Positions 11,548-23,721 of a stretch of DNA of 64,000 nucleotides are shown here, piece after piece (the stretch's first letter is position 1; every line of letters starts with the position of its first letter). Position numbers and translations under genes: made by a program. The notes beneath the pieces were generated by a model. That model had not been told where the DNA came from. It saw only the letters and a program-made list of their open reading frames with translations, and did no database searches. The stretch spans positions 930,001-994,000 of the forward strand of contig CM075986.1 in assembly GCA_038087875.1 (NCBI GenBank), in the 5' to 3' direction. The stretch comes from Malacoraja senta. Its lineage: Eukaryota.

Positions 11548-11750
11548 TTGGCCAGGATTGCTTTCGAGACAGGCTCGGAAATATGGCCAGAGTTGTCTTT
11601 CGAGGCAGGCTCAGAATTATGGCCAGAGTTGCCTTTAGAGGCAGGTTCAGAATTATGAGGTAGGCTCAGTATTATGGCCAGGATTGTCTTTCAAGACAGG
11701 CTCGTAAATCGGGCCAGAGTTGTCGTTCAAGACAGGCACGAAATGATGGC
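11548..11750 (+). repeat. ~36-bp minisatellite inside DIRS copy B
   Basis: About 5 diverged units of GGCCAGAGTTGTCTTTCGAGGCAGGCTCAGAATTAT. Confidence 0.8.
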
Positions 11751-13528
11751 AGTCGTGGCCTGTTCATTATGAAAGATGGAGAATGTGGTTTAACTCGCAT
11801 GTGCAGTATAAACTTTTCCGAATAGGAAACTTCGTTACTGACTAACAACTGATTTTCATAGGGTGTTCCCATTTACAGCGATCATCGGAGACATTTCAAA
11901 TGATCAGGAGGAGGCAATTGCTATGATGAGGCAATGATAACAGTATGATAACAGTAATGCTAACAGTAAAGCATTGCAAAATGGGCTTAATTATTTACCC
12001 AGGTTATTTACTAAAGTACTAAAATCTGTGCTTGCACTACTCAGAGTTAAAAAACACTTGTTATGTCTTGACTGGATGATATTTTAGTGCTGTATTTTGC
12101 TAAAATCAACTGTTTCAGCCTCAAACTATATTTGAGAAATTGGGCTCCTCTATCCAGTTAAATTTAAGTTGTTACCACATAGACTTGTTGGTCATTGTCA
12201 TACCTTTAGCTATTAATTAGCCTATGACTCCGTCCTGGGGCAAGAGATTGGAGTTAATAGAAACCTGTAACAGCCTTGTTGTTATAAAGCAGACTTCTAT
12301 TCATCAAGAGTAATTGGCAATATAGTAGCTGTGATTCAGCTGTGCAAGTGGGAGAACTGACATCGTGCAAAGTGGCAACCTCTCAAGTGCCATGTAGGTC
12401 ATTGTTAACACACCTATGCTATTCCCAGCTGAAGCTACCAAAGTCACAATGATGGACAAACAGTATTCAGCATTGCTCCAGTAGTTTGGTCAGTAAACTT
12501 TTCAGTTATATTGCAAACTGATGCTAAGGGCTCTAACGTGGAAAATTGCGAATGTCATCTCTAGTTTGGAGGTGGAGGAGATTTGCATGAGTTACCAATT
12601 CTTCAGTTATTGGTATCAACTATCTATAGACACTAGGTGCATTCTATGGGTTAAAGAGTGATTGAGCGAATATGCATAATCTGCATGCTCAACTTCAAGT
12701 TGATACACTATGGTGGGGGCATATGTTAGTCACATAGGTGCAATCAAGTAAAAATATCCTGTAATAGTTTACCTAATACATTTGCCACTGGTGTATCATC
12801 AAGTACAGATCAATGACAACACAGAATGGGTGTTGGATCACACAGTATTTATGAAATTCTTGTTCGATGGAACACCGAATATCGATATGTTTGTTTTCAT
12901 GCTTATTCACCGGTTGCAAAAATATGTGGCATAACAGTGGCGAGAGATACATTCTCGCTACAGGGAGGAGGAATGGTCTTTTATGTCTTCCTCCATTTTG
13001 CCTCATCAGTCGGGTCTTCAAATAAAGTCATCAAGATCCCGCTTTAGGTTTTTCCTACTGTCTCACTGGCCTATGCAGCTTTGATTCCCGCTTTTGTCGG
13101 GAATAATAATACAACCTTATACGGTTATTCTAAACGTAAACTTTGCTGGTTCAGCCTGTGGCTCGGGAAACCTCAATTTATGACTTGCAGATTCTGAATA
13201 GACTGCCCCTACAGCTTGGGTTGTCACACCGATCCATGTATGTGTTCAGACTGCTGGGATAGCACCAAAAAAAAAGCAGTACATTTCCTCTTCAGGAGAT
13301 GGGAAACGTTTTTTGTTTAATGCTAATGTTACATTTAATACGGTACAGATTACTGACGTCTTAGAGTTCATTTTTAAATGGTCTTTGACAATAATTGAGT
13401 TATAGGGCCATTAACTGTGCCCAACGTGCCTTCCCATCATATTTGCTGCAGCAAACGGGACCCACTCTGTCGGGTTTCACCCCCGGATATCGAGTTTGTA
13501 AACGATACCTTTAACACAAGTTCTCCCT

Positions 13529-13588
13529 TTAAGCGACTTTGAGTCCTGAAAAGCGCTATATAAATAAAATCTATTATTATTATTATTA
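13529..13588 (+). mobile_element. L2-type LINE/SINE 3' tail inserted in the DIRS YR remnant
   Basis: AAGCGACTTTGAGTCCTGAAAAGCGCTATATAAAT..(TAT)n is a typical fish L2 3' end and interrupts sequence that is colinear in copy A. Confidence 0.65.
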
Positions 13589-13768
13589 GTATGGGATATT
13601 GACATTGTGTTAACAATACTTCACCAGGGGACTCCAGCTACATCCTTAGCTTTGGCCGGCTCTCATAAGGTAGTTATCCTCATGGCGCTGGTTTCAGCGC
13701 AACGGGTTCAGTCGCTACGTAATTGCGACGGGACAGGATGATTACATCTGTAAATAATATATATTTTT

Positions 13769-16700
13769 GATCCAAATACATCTCTAGACGCTCCTGAACA
13801 CATCAGTGATGTAACCTGGGGTCATTGGGTGTTTCGGGTCTTTCAACATCAGACACCCTCACCCACGCGACCCAGCCGCGGTTGATCAGACCACGACTTC
13901 TCTCCTGATCCAGAGCCATCTAGAGGCCTTCTCCACAGCCTCTGTGGTGTTCATGATGGCCCTTCTCCTCGCCACTCCGGTGATGCCCAGTGCATTCAAG
14001 GCTTTGTAGAGCGATTGCCCTGCAAAACCTCTGCAGCCCACTTCGATGGGCATACACCTTGCCTTCCAGCCCTGCTTACAGCAGTCTATGACCAGCTCTT
14101 CATACTTGGCCATCTTCCTCTCGGTGGCCTCAGGGTGGTCGTGGCAATGTGCTGTGGGAACTTCAGCTGTTTCGCCAGGTCTACAGAAAGCTGCCAGTCC
14201 TGCGCAGTCACCAGGATACCTGACGGATTCCTGGCTGCTGTGGTTCTTGGCAGCTGCACTTCGGCCTTCACGAAGGTGATCATCTGGGTGGTGGGGCATG
14301 TTCGTCTGCAGCTGCTGATTCCCATGCTGATGGCTTCTGCAATGGGTTTAAGAACCTGGTCATGACACCAAGTGTACCGGCCCTGCCCAAGAGCCTTTGG
14401 ACAGCAGCTCAGGATGTGTTCCAACGTCCCCTTGCCTGAGCATTGCGGGCAATCCGGAGATTCCGCTTTGCCCCAGATGAAGAGGTTCGATGGGCTGGGC
14501 AGGACATCATACACTGCCTGGACCAGGAACTTGATGCGCTGTGATTCAGCCTGTCAGAGCTCAGTCCATGTGACTTTTCGGTCCATGGCCTGCTCCCACC
14601 TTGTCCAGGCTCCCTGCTGCCTCAATCCAACTGCTCTGGTACACCTCTCCTCCTCCACTGCTGCCCTCACTTCCTCCTGGACGAGCCTGCGCCTCTCCTT
14701 CCCCTTGGCCTTGTCAAACTGGGGAGATGGGAAGATTCCCAGGCCAGCTCTTCCCCGAGTAACTGCTCCCACCAGGACTGTGGCGTATCCGAGACTCCGC
14801 TTGCAGCACGGCTTCGCCGGCTCTCCACTTCCTCCCAGTTTTCACCTCCACCCCTGCCTGAGCCACCTTGGGGTAACTGGAGTCCCTGTACGACATCACC
14901 TCTCTGGCCCGAGTCACCTTAAACTCCTCCTCCAGGAACTTCAGGGGCAGCTGGAGCTTGGTGTTATTTCCATATAGGGCGATGCTGTTTAGGCTCCTGG
15001 GCAGTCCCAGCCACCTCCTGAGGAAGCTGCTAACTTTCCTCTCCAATCTCTCTACGATGGATATTGGGACTTCGTAGACAAACAGTGGCCAGAGTATCCT
15101 TGGCAGGATACCATGCTGGGTAGATCCATGCCTTGAACTTGCAGTGAAGCCCTGACCAGTCCACTGCTCTCAACCAACTCTCCAGCTCCTGACAGGTTGC
15201 CTGCACAGATTCTGTATCCTTCAGGCTGCTGTTAAACACCTTGCCAAGACTCTTCACTGGCCTTTCGGAGACAGTTGGGATTGGTGTCCCTTCGATGCTG
15301 AAGTGGAACCTATCCATGACTTTGCCCTTCTTCAGCACCAGTGACCTTGATTTTCCTGGCTTAAACCTCATCCTTGCCCATCCAATCAGTTTCTCCAACC
15401 CCTGCAGGATCCACCTGCCTCCTGGCACTGACTCAGTGGTGACTGTCAGGTCGTCCATGAAGGCTCTGATTGGTGGTTGCCGCACTCCTGACTTGGTCCG
15501 AGGGCCCCGGCACTCTGGCTCAGCAGACTTGACGATCATGTTCATCGCCAAGGCAAAAAGGGTCACAGAGATCGTGCAGCCTGTGATGATCCCAACCTCT
15601 AGTCTGTGCCACTCTGATGTTACTGACCCTGATGAGACCCTCATGCTGAACTGGTTGTAATAGTCCAGGATGAGATCTGCCATTTGGCCCGGCACATGAT
15701 GCTTGGCCATGACTGTCTGGATCAGCTTGTGCGGAATGGAGCCGTAGACGTTGGCCAGGTCAAGCCAGAGCACTGTCAGGTTTCACTTGTTCTCCCTGGC
15801 TTCTCTGATGAGCTGGGTCACCACTCCCGTGTGCTCTAGACACCCCAGCACTCCAGACAAGCCTCACTTTTGCACTGAGCTGTCGATGTAGCCATTGCTG
15901 GAGAGGAAGTTGGTCAGCTGCCTCGCCACTATGCTGAAGAAGATCTTGCCTTCAATGCTTAGCAATGAGATGATCCTGAACTGATCGATCTTCTTGGAAT
16001 CTTCTTCCTTTGGGATCCAGACTCCTTCAGTGAATCGCCACTGCTGCGCCACTTTCCCTCTCCTCCAGATGACTTTCAGGATCTTTCACAGCCGTTTCAG
16101 TAACAAGGGGCAGTTCTTGTAGACCCTGCAAGGGACTCTGCTCGGGCCAGGGGCTGAGCCAGCTCTTGCTCTCTTCACAACGTCCTGGACCTCTTTCAGG
16201 AGTGGCTCTCTACTATCAAACTCCTTGATGGGTGGTGGTGGTTTTATCAGGATGTTGCACTGGCCCAGCTCCTGCTGCCTGACAGGGTCACTGTAGGTCG
16301 TCTGGATGTGCCAGTCGATCTCCTCCTTACAGCAAGCCAAACTCCCACTGCGCTTCTGCCCTAGTAGTTGTTTGGTGAAGCCGAAGGGGTTGGCTATGAA
16401 GGATGCTCGCTTCCTGGCTCTTTCCTTCCGGCGTCTTCGGTGCCATTCAGCTCTCCGAAGGGTCATCAGCTTCTTCCTCAGGATGGTTCGCAGCTCAGCC
16501 AAGGGGGAATGTTGCTCTTCGCTGGCCTCTTTATACTGCTTCTTTAGGGACTTCAGCTCCTGCCGGATCCTGTGGATCTTTGTTGCTCGTTGGTTCATGG
16601 TGAAAGGTGTTCTGGCCGGCTTCTTCTCCACTGCTCCAAACCTTTCCACAGCTAGGCTGATGATGATTGTCATCATCGTCCGCAGCCTTCGGTCCACGTC

Positions 16701-16996
16701 TCCCTTCGCAGTTGCTTCTAGCACTTTGTCGACGTCCTTGTCGAACTGATGCCAAACTGCCGTCTTGCAGGCCTGAGGCCATTTGACTTGAACTTTCTCC
16801 GGAGAACTGTTCCGATGGACTAGTTGCACCACTTGGAGGCTTCGGGCTCTATGGGGTGATTCCGGGCCCGGCTCCTCCTGCGTCTCACCAGGTAAAATAC
16901 CTGTACGATGTGACACTCCCTGTTCCTCCAAACACTTCATCCGGGTCTGGTGAATCTTCAGGCCTCGGCTGTTCTTGGAAACCTTTCCACATCAGC
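13769..16996 (-). mobile_element. HERO/NeSL-like non-LTR retrotransposon (RT plus restriction-like endonuclease), frameshifted
   Basis: N-terminal Zn finger CGKVSKNSRGLKIHQTRMKC, RT motifs WLDLANVYGS and AFMDD, CCHC CPQCSGKGTLEHILSCC..HDQVL, and RLE tail KMAKY..PIEVGCRGF. Approximate AT-rich TSD. Confidence 0.88.
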
Positions 16997-17713
16997 ATAT
17001 AATATTTTATGTTTATGATTTAATTAAGCAGAGCAGAAGGGGCGTCAGGTCTCAAACTAGTTCATGGCATACCCAGGGACCTTCGGTTATGTGACGGCAC
17101 ACATATACAACAATACATCAAAGTCACCAAGAGCCTTCGAGGCTCTGAACTAGCAATGCTTGTTAGTTACAAAAACCTTTATAAGAAGGTATCCGTTCAG
17201 ACCATCTCCAGGTGATAAAACGGGGTTTGATTTATGCAGGAGTAGATACTGATTTCCAAATCTCACTCCACCAGGGCTGCTACAACATCAGCAGCAAGGG
17301 TTATTTTCGTTCCGCTGGACCACATCCCAACGGCTGCAGCACGGTCAAACGAACGAATTTTCCAAACATTTTATAACAACCCATTGCCAGACCAGGGGTA
17401 TTTGCCAACTCTATTTTGGGTTCTATTTATAGTTTCCATCTGGATGAGAGGGGTTACTATTATTATGACTTCATTAAACAGCATCAGCATGTCTTAAATC
17501 TATGTCATGTCTGTATGCATTATGAATGTTTCCCTCATCTGTCAATGAAGCAGTTGTGGTTGTGTAGACTCGTTTCTCACGGCATGAAATCACAGAGCTT
17601 TGAAATCTTCACGTAATCACTCATCGCAACTCCTCATAAAATAAAGATCAAACTTCAAACTGGTAAGTTCTCGTTTAATCTTACTAGTTTACTGCAACTT
17701 AGAAACATAGAAA

Positions 17714-19451
17714 GGGAATTGAAATTACTAGAAATTACCAGGATATGTTTAAAGCCAATTATAATCCCTTACTTAAGAAATTAAATAATATGATTAAATT
17801 CTGGAAAACACTTCCGATGTCCTTAATAGGCAGAATAAATGCTATAAAAATGATTTTCTTACCACAAATCCTATACCTATTTCAATCAATACCTATATAT
17901 ATCCCAAAAAAGTTTTTCAAAAATTGGACTCAGACATTACAAATTTTATATGGGATTATAAATCCCATAGAATACAAAGCGCACACCTTAATAAACGAAA
18001 AGAGTTGGGGGGTCTCGCGCTCCCTAACTTTATGTATTATAAATGGGCAGTAAATATTAAAAATATGATTCTGCCCAGCAGGTGGACTGGATTATAATGG
18101 AAAAAGAGGACTGTTCCCCGAGTAATATAGGAGCGATTATTCTCTCTCCAATAAATTTGAATAAAAATTATAATAAAAACCCAATTATAAATAGCACAAT
18201 TAGAACATGGAAACAAATAAAACAGAATCTAAAATTAAGAAACCTATCTCTCTCAACACCAATAGTTAATAACCCATCGTTTAAACCTTCAACCATAGAC
18301 AAATCATTTATACAATGGGAAAGAATGGGAATCAAAATGCTCGAAGATCTGTATGAACTGGGAAAATTACTATCATTTCAACAACTACAACTGAAATATA
18401 ATCTGAAAAATAATCAATATTTTAAATATCTACAAATTTGTGATTACCTAAAAAAACACACAAAAGACTATCATAATATGCCTTCCGACTTACTAGATGA
18501 AGCAATGAAGACAAAGGCGGAATCAGCTAATCTAATATCGTACTTATATAATATCATTTTAAACATAGAAATACCCACAACAGATGGAATTAGAAGAGAC
18601 TGGGAACAAGAATTAGCTATAAAAATTTCAAAAGAGAGCTGGGATAACCATTTACTACAGGTGCATAAATGTTCGATCAATGTACGACATACGCTCATCC
18701 AATTCAAAACATTACATAGACTATATTATTCAAAAACTAAATTAAATAAAATCTTTCCTAATGTTTCACCAATCTGTGATAAATGTCATTGTCAAGAAGC
18801 TACCATAGCGCATTCTTTTGTTTTTTGTACAAAAATCCAAAATTTTTGGTATGAAATATTTGATATTTTCTCAAAATTAATTAAAATAAAACTGGTACCA
18901 AAACCAGAATGGATCATTTTTGGAATATCGGAAGGTATCCCTGAATTAAATGTGTACCAGAAGAACTTATTTAATTACGGGCTAATAATGGGTAAAATGC
19001 TCATACTTAAATTCTGGAAAAATGCGCCCACACCAACAATAAAAATGTGGACATCAAATATGTTGGAAACATTACATCTGGAAGAGATGAGATTCCTCTT
19101 AGCAGGGAAAGCAGACCAATTCCAAAAGACGTGGTCTACGTTTTTGGACCTATTACAAGCATGAGGTGCAATAGTAATTTTAAAAATAAATAAATAAAGA
19201 ATGGTATCAGGACCTGGTAATGGGAGGTAAAACAATAAAAACAGACTTGGTCGGTGGTTCCCTTTCTGCGATTGTTCCTACTTTCTTTTTCTTTCTTTTC
19301 TAGGATCTGCTTTCTTACTTTACTTCCTTCTCTAACTTCTTTTCTAAGGGGCTTTCTTTTCACAACACTCTTTTGCACTTCACGACTCTTGCGCACTTTC
19401 TTTACTTTTCTTACTTCTAAAAAAGAAAAAAAAAAAAAAGAAAAAAAAAAA
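17714..19451 (+). mobile_element. L1-clade LINE 3' fragment with poly(A) and 13-bp TSD
   Basis: LPMSLIGRINAIKMIFLPQILYLFQ..GGLALP..CDKC..HSFVFC. A-rich tail 19419-19451. TSD AGAAACATAGAAA at 17701-17713 and 19452-19464. Confidence 0.88.
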
Positions 19452-19735
19452 AGAAACATAGAAAATAGGTGCAGGAAGAGGCCATTCGGCCCTTCGAGCC
19501 AGCATTGCGATCATGGCTGATCGTCCCAAATCAATAACCCGTGCATGCCTTCTCCCCATATCCCTCGATTCCACTAACCTCCAGAGCTCTATCTAACTTT
19601 CTCTTAAATCCATCCAGTGATTTGGCCTCCACTGCCCTCTGTGGCAGGGAATTCCACAAATTCACAACTTTCTGGGTGAAAACGTTTTTTCTCGCCTCAG
19701 TCTTAAATGGCCTCCCCTTTATTCTAATAATTTGG
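19452..19735 (-). mobile_element. CR1 3' fragment (its tail is the L1 insertion target)
   Basis: KNVFTQKVVNLWNSLPQRAVEA..GYGEKA plus a (TATGTTTC)n tail. Confidence 0.85.
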
Positions 19736-20280
19736 AAGCATCTCATCAATCTTTGTATCTTTATTTAATTTGTTGGCTTGACATACTTGGCCATAACATG
19801 ATAATGAGTCCTTATGCCTTTATTATAGAACAGGGAAATGGCCAGTAATATCATTCATAGAGTAATATCATTGATCAGTGATAGAGGCACGACGTGAGTC
19901 ATCCTCCAGTCTTCCGGCACCTCACCCTGAATGTTCAGTTCTTGTCCTATGCCTAATTGTATGTGGCACAGGTATTAATCCAGAGATTATTCATGTATTT
20001 AGGGTTATGCTTGTTAATTTGGACTCTGTGTACTCATTCATTCAGCAAAATCTCCATGAGAGATGCCAAAGACCTGTCATGTCCATTGTAGTGTCATCTA
20101 CAAACTTATTAATCGTGTCCTGTACATTCTCACCTAAATCATTGATGTAGACTACAAACAGCAATGAGCCCAGCACTAATCCCTGAGGCGCATCATTAGT
20201 CATAGACCTTCAGTCTGAAAAATTAATTTCCACCATCACTCTCTGCTTCCATTCATCAAACCAATTCTGTATCCAGTTAG

Positions 20281-23200
20281 TAATAGTAATAGTAATAGTA
20301 AACGTTATTGTCAATTCAAATAATGCAACAAGTAGTTACACAGAGGATTGAAATTGCGTTTCCCCATACTCCAATGTGCAAGTAATATTTATAACAGACA
20401 GACAATATACCAATAAAAATAGACAATGGACATATACATTATATAAAATATTCATTAATAAAAGGTGCAATATAGAAAAGTGCAAATAGCATACTGCAGA
20501 CATTGAGTTAAAGTTAATTTGTCAGTCAGTTGGTCTTTGTTTGTGTAATGTTCATGGAATTTTCTTGCGTGTGTTGAGTAGTCTGATGGCCTGAGGGAAA
20601 AAGCTGTTTTTGAATCTGGTGGTTTTGCTCCGCATGCTGCGGTAGCGCTTGCCGGATGGTAGGAGGGTGAACAGTTTGTGTGCTGGGTGGGTGGTGTCTT
20701 TGATGATATTGGTTGCTCTCTTGCGACAGCGAGATGGGTATAAGTCCTGGATTGCTGGTTGGGGTGATCTAGTGATCTTCTCCGCTGTCCTCACCACTCT
20801 CTGTAGGGCCTTCTGGTCAGCAGCAGAGCAACTGCCATACCAGACTGAGAGACTGCTGGTAAGAATGCTCTCAATGGCACCCCTGTAAAAAGTTGTGAGG
20901 GCAGAAGGGGGAGGTCGGCTCTCCTCATCCGTCGAAGGAAGTGGAGGCGTTGCTGTGCTTTCTTGACTAGGGAGATGGTGTTGGTGGACCACGTCTGATC
21001 ATCTGTGATGTGCACTCCCAGGAACTTGGTGCTTTTCACAGACTCCACTGCACTGCCATTTATGGTGAGTGGGGTGTGTGCTGTCTGTTTCTTCCTGAAG
21101 TCCACAGTTATTTCTTTTGTTTTATTGACATTGAGTTGAAGGTTATTGATGTCACACCAGTTGATGAGTTGTTGTACCTCCTCTCTGTAGGCTGAGTCAT
21201 CATCGTGGCTGATGAGGCCCACCACAGTTGTGTCATTTGCAAACTTGATAATGTGGTTCGAGTTGTGTTTGGCACAACAGTCATGTGTCATCAGCGTGAA
21301 CAACAGAGGGCTCAGCACACATCTCTGTGGGACCCCGGTGTTCATGATGGTGGTCTCGGATGAGTTTTTGCCAACTCTTACTGTCTGTGGTCTGTCGGTG
21401 AGGAAGTCCAGTAACCAGTTGCATAGTGGGGTGCTGATGCCTATTTCGCCGAGTTTATTCACCAGGTGTTGGGGGATGACTGTGTTGAAGGCGGAACTGA
21501 AATCGATGAACAGCAACCGCACGTAACTGTTATTGTTTTCCAGATGAGCCAGGCTTAGGTGGAGTGCTGTTGCTATGGCATCATCAGTGGAACGGTTGGG
21601 ACGGTATGCAAACTGGAATGGGTCAAGTGTAGAGGGGAGACTGGATGTTATGTGGGCCTTAACCAACCTTTCAAAGCACTTCATCATGATGGACGTGAGT
21701 GCTATGGGCCGGTAGTCATTCAGTGTTGAGGCTGGGGATTTCTTGGGTAGCGATATGATGGTGGTGGATTTGAAGCATGCTGGTATGATGGCTTGGCTCA
21801 GAGAGGTGTTGTAGATGTCCGTGAGAACATCTGTGAGTTGGTCAGCACAGTCTCTGAGCACACGCCCCGGTATGTTGTCAGGACCTGCAGCTTTTCTGGG
21901 GTTCACCTTGAGTAGGGTCCTCCGCACATCAGCTGGGTCCAGGTGAAGTGTTTCATGATCTGGGCAGGGAGGGGCTTTTGTTGGTGTGGTGGTGTTGTCT
22001 TCCTCAAACTGGTTGAAGAAGGTGTTAAGTGTGTTGAGGAAGTCTGTGTTGTCCTCTCACGGTGGGGGTGTTGGCCTGTAGCCGGTGACAGACTGGATGC
22101 CTTGCCACAGGCGCTTAGGGTCCTTAGTGTCTGTGAAGTGTGCTTGAATTTTCTGTCCATAGACACGCTTGGCTGTTCTCACGCCCCGGTTCAAGTTGGC
22201 CCTAGCAGTACTAAGGGCGTCTTTGTCCCCGGACTTGAAAGCAGCATTCCGTGCTCTCAGGAGCTCACGTACCGCCCTGGTGAACCAGGGTTTGTTGTTG
22301 GCCCTCGTGGTGATGTTTTTGATGACGGTCACATCTTCCATGCATTTGAATATATATCCAGTCACAGATTCAGTGTATTCCGTCAAGTTGACATGATGGT
22401 TGGTAGTGGCAGCCTCCCTAAAAATGGTCCAATCTGTGCAGTCGAAACAGTCTTTGAGAGCTGAGGTGGCTCCCTCTGGCCATGCTCTGATCTGCTTCAC
22501 AGACGGCTTGTTCCTGGTCAATAGAGGTCTGTAAGCTGGAATTAGCATAACAGAGAGGTGGTCTGAGTTCCCCAGGTGGGGATGGGGAGCAGCTCTGAAT
22601 GCCTGTCTGATGTTAGTGTAGACTTGGTCGAGTATGTTATTTCCCCTGGTTGCAAAGTTCACATGTTTGTAATAATGTGGTAGTACTGTCTTCAGTTTGG
22701 CCTGATTGAAATCGCCAGCCATTATGTAGACAGAGTCCGGGTTAGAGTTTTGCATTGAGCTGATCGACTGATACAATGTAGACAGTGCGTCCTTTGTGTT
22801 CGCACTGGGTGGAATGTACACAGATGTGATGTTGATGGCTGTGAATTCCCTTGGCATGTAGAATGGTCGGCATTTAATTGTCAGAAATTCTATATCCTCA
22901 GAACCGTGGCTTGACACAGTTTTGGCGTTTGTACACCAGTTGTTATTGATGAAAATGCATACACCACCCCCCCGAGATTTACCGCTGAGAGCATGACTCC
23001 TGTCCGCCCAGAATGATGTTAGTCCGTCCAGCTGAATGGCGTTGTCCGAAACTGAGTTGTTGAGCCACGTCTCTGTGAGGATGATGGCATTGCAGTCTCT
23101 GACCTTTCTTTGTGTAGTTAAATCCAGTCTAAGGTAGTCCATTTTGTTTTCCAGCGAACGAACGTTGGATAGCAGAATAGAAGGAAGTGCAGGTCTGTAG

Positions 23201-23632
23201 GGGTTAGCTTTTAGCCTGGCGCTGATACCCGCTCGACTGCCCCGCTTGCTAGGTCTAGCACACCGCTTGCGCAGCAAGCTAGGTCTCACACGCCGCGCGC
23301 ACCGCCTCCAGTTTTGCCTCCAGTGTCGACCTGTGATGGGAGGAGAGTCCGCTGCCTTGCAGGCCCCTGGGTCTGGCCGGTGTAGGATGCCTAGCTCGCA
23401 GAGTGCCTCGGGTTCCAAAGCCAGTGTAACTCCAGAAAGGTTTTCGGAAAAGTCGAAGTTTCTTAGTCCAAGTAGTGTAGTTCTGTTATAGACTACTCTC
23501 GCACAAGACTGTGACAGTACAGACAACATATTAAACATAAAACGCACATCGCTATCGGGAGCTCGAGTAGCCGCTGCCGTACAGGGCGCCGCCATCTTGG
23601 TTTGGCGGCGCCCTGTACGGCAGCGGCTACTC
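20281..23632 (-). mobile_element. Rex1/Babar LINE, apparently full length, frameshifted
   Basis: APE ORF 22057-23595 (LSNVRSL, LTETWL, GDFN, SDH), RT ORF 20791-21927 ([10 protein letters not shown]; FANDT for FADD), C-terminus 20552-20992 (KNSFFPQAIRLLN), and a (TACTAT)n tail. Confidence 0.92.
23588..23600 (-). promoter_or_regulatory. YY1-type motif at the Rex1 5' end
   Basis: CCAAGATGGCGGC on the element sense strand, at the first ATG and putative internal promoter. Confidence 0.55.
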
Positions 23633-23721
23633 CAGCTTGCTCCTTCTGGATCTCATGCAATCTAGCCTTCCAGAGCAGGCTACCATATGGAATCTTATCA
23701 AAGGTTTGCCCATACAAGTTT

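Larger units (their letters stand above)
10098..17688 (+). mobile_element. DIRS1-like element copy B, decayed, with nested HERO LINE and L2 tail
   Basis: Starts ATTTTACTTCGGAGTCACGTGAGTGACTACGTGAAG, the complement of the copy A ICR. Degenerate RT/RNaseH/MT/YR remnants at 11900-13768 and 16997-17430. Ends ..CTGGTAAGTTCTCGTTTAATCTTACT. Confidence 0.88.

Noticed and set aside
11548-11750. 36-bp periodic repeats as a CRISPR array
   Set aside because: Head-to-tail degenerate units without unique spacers, in a eukaryotic TE context with no cas genes.
13815-13860. Hammerhead ribozyme in the HERO 3' UTR
   Set aside because: CTGATG is not followed by A, and the stems do not give the three-way junction.
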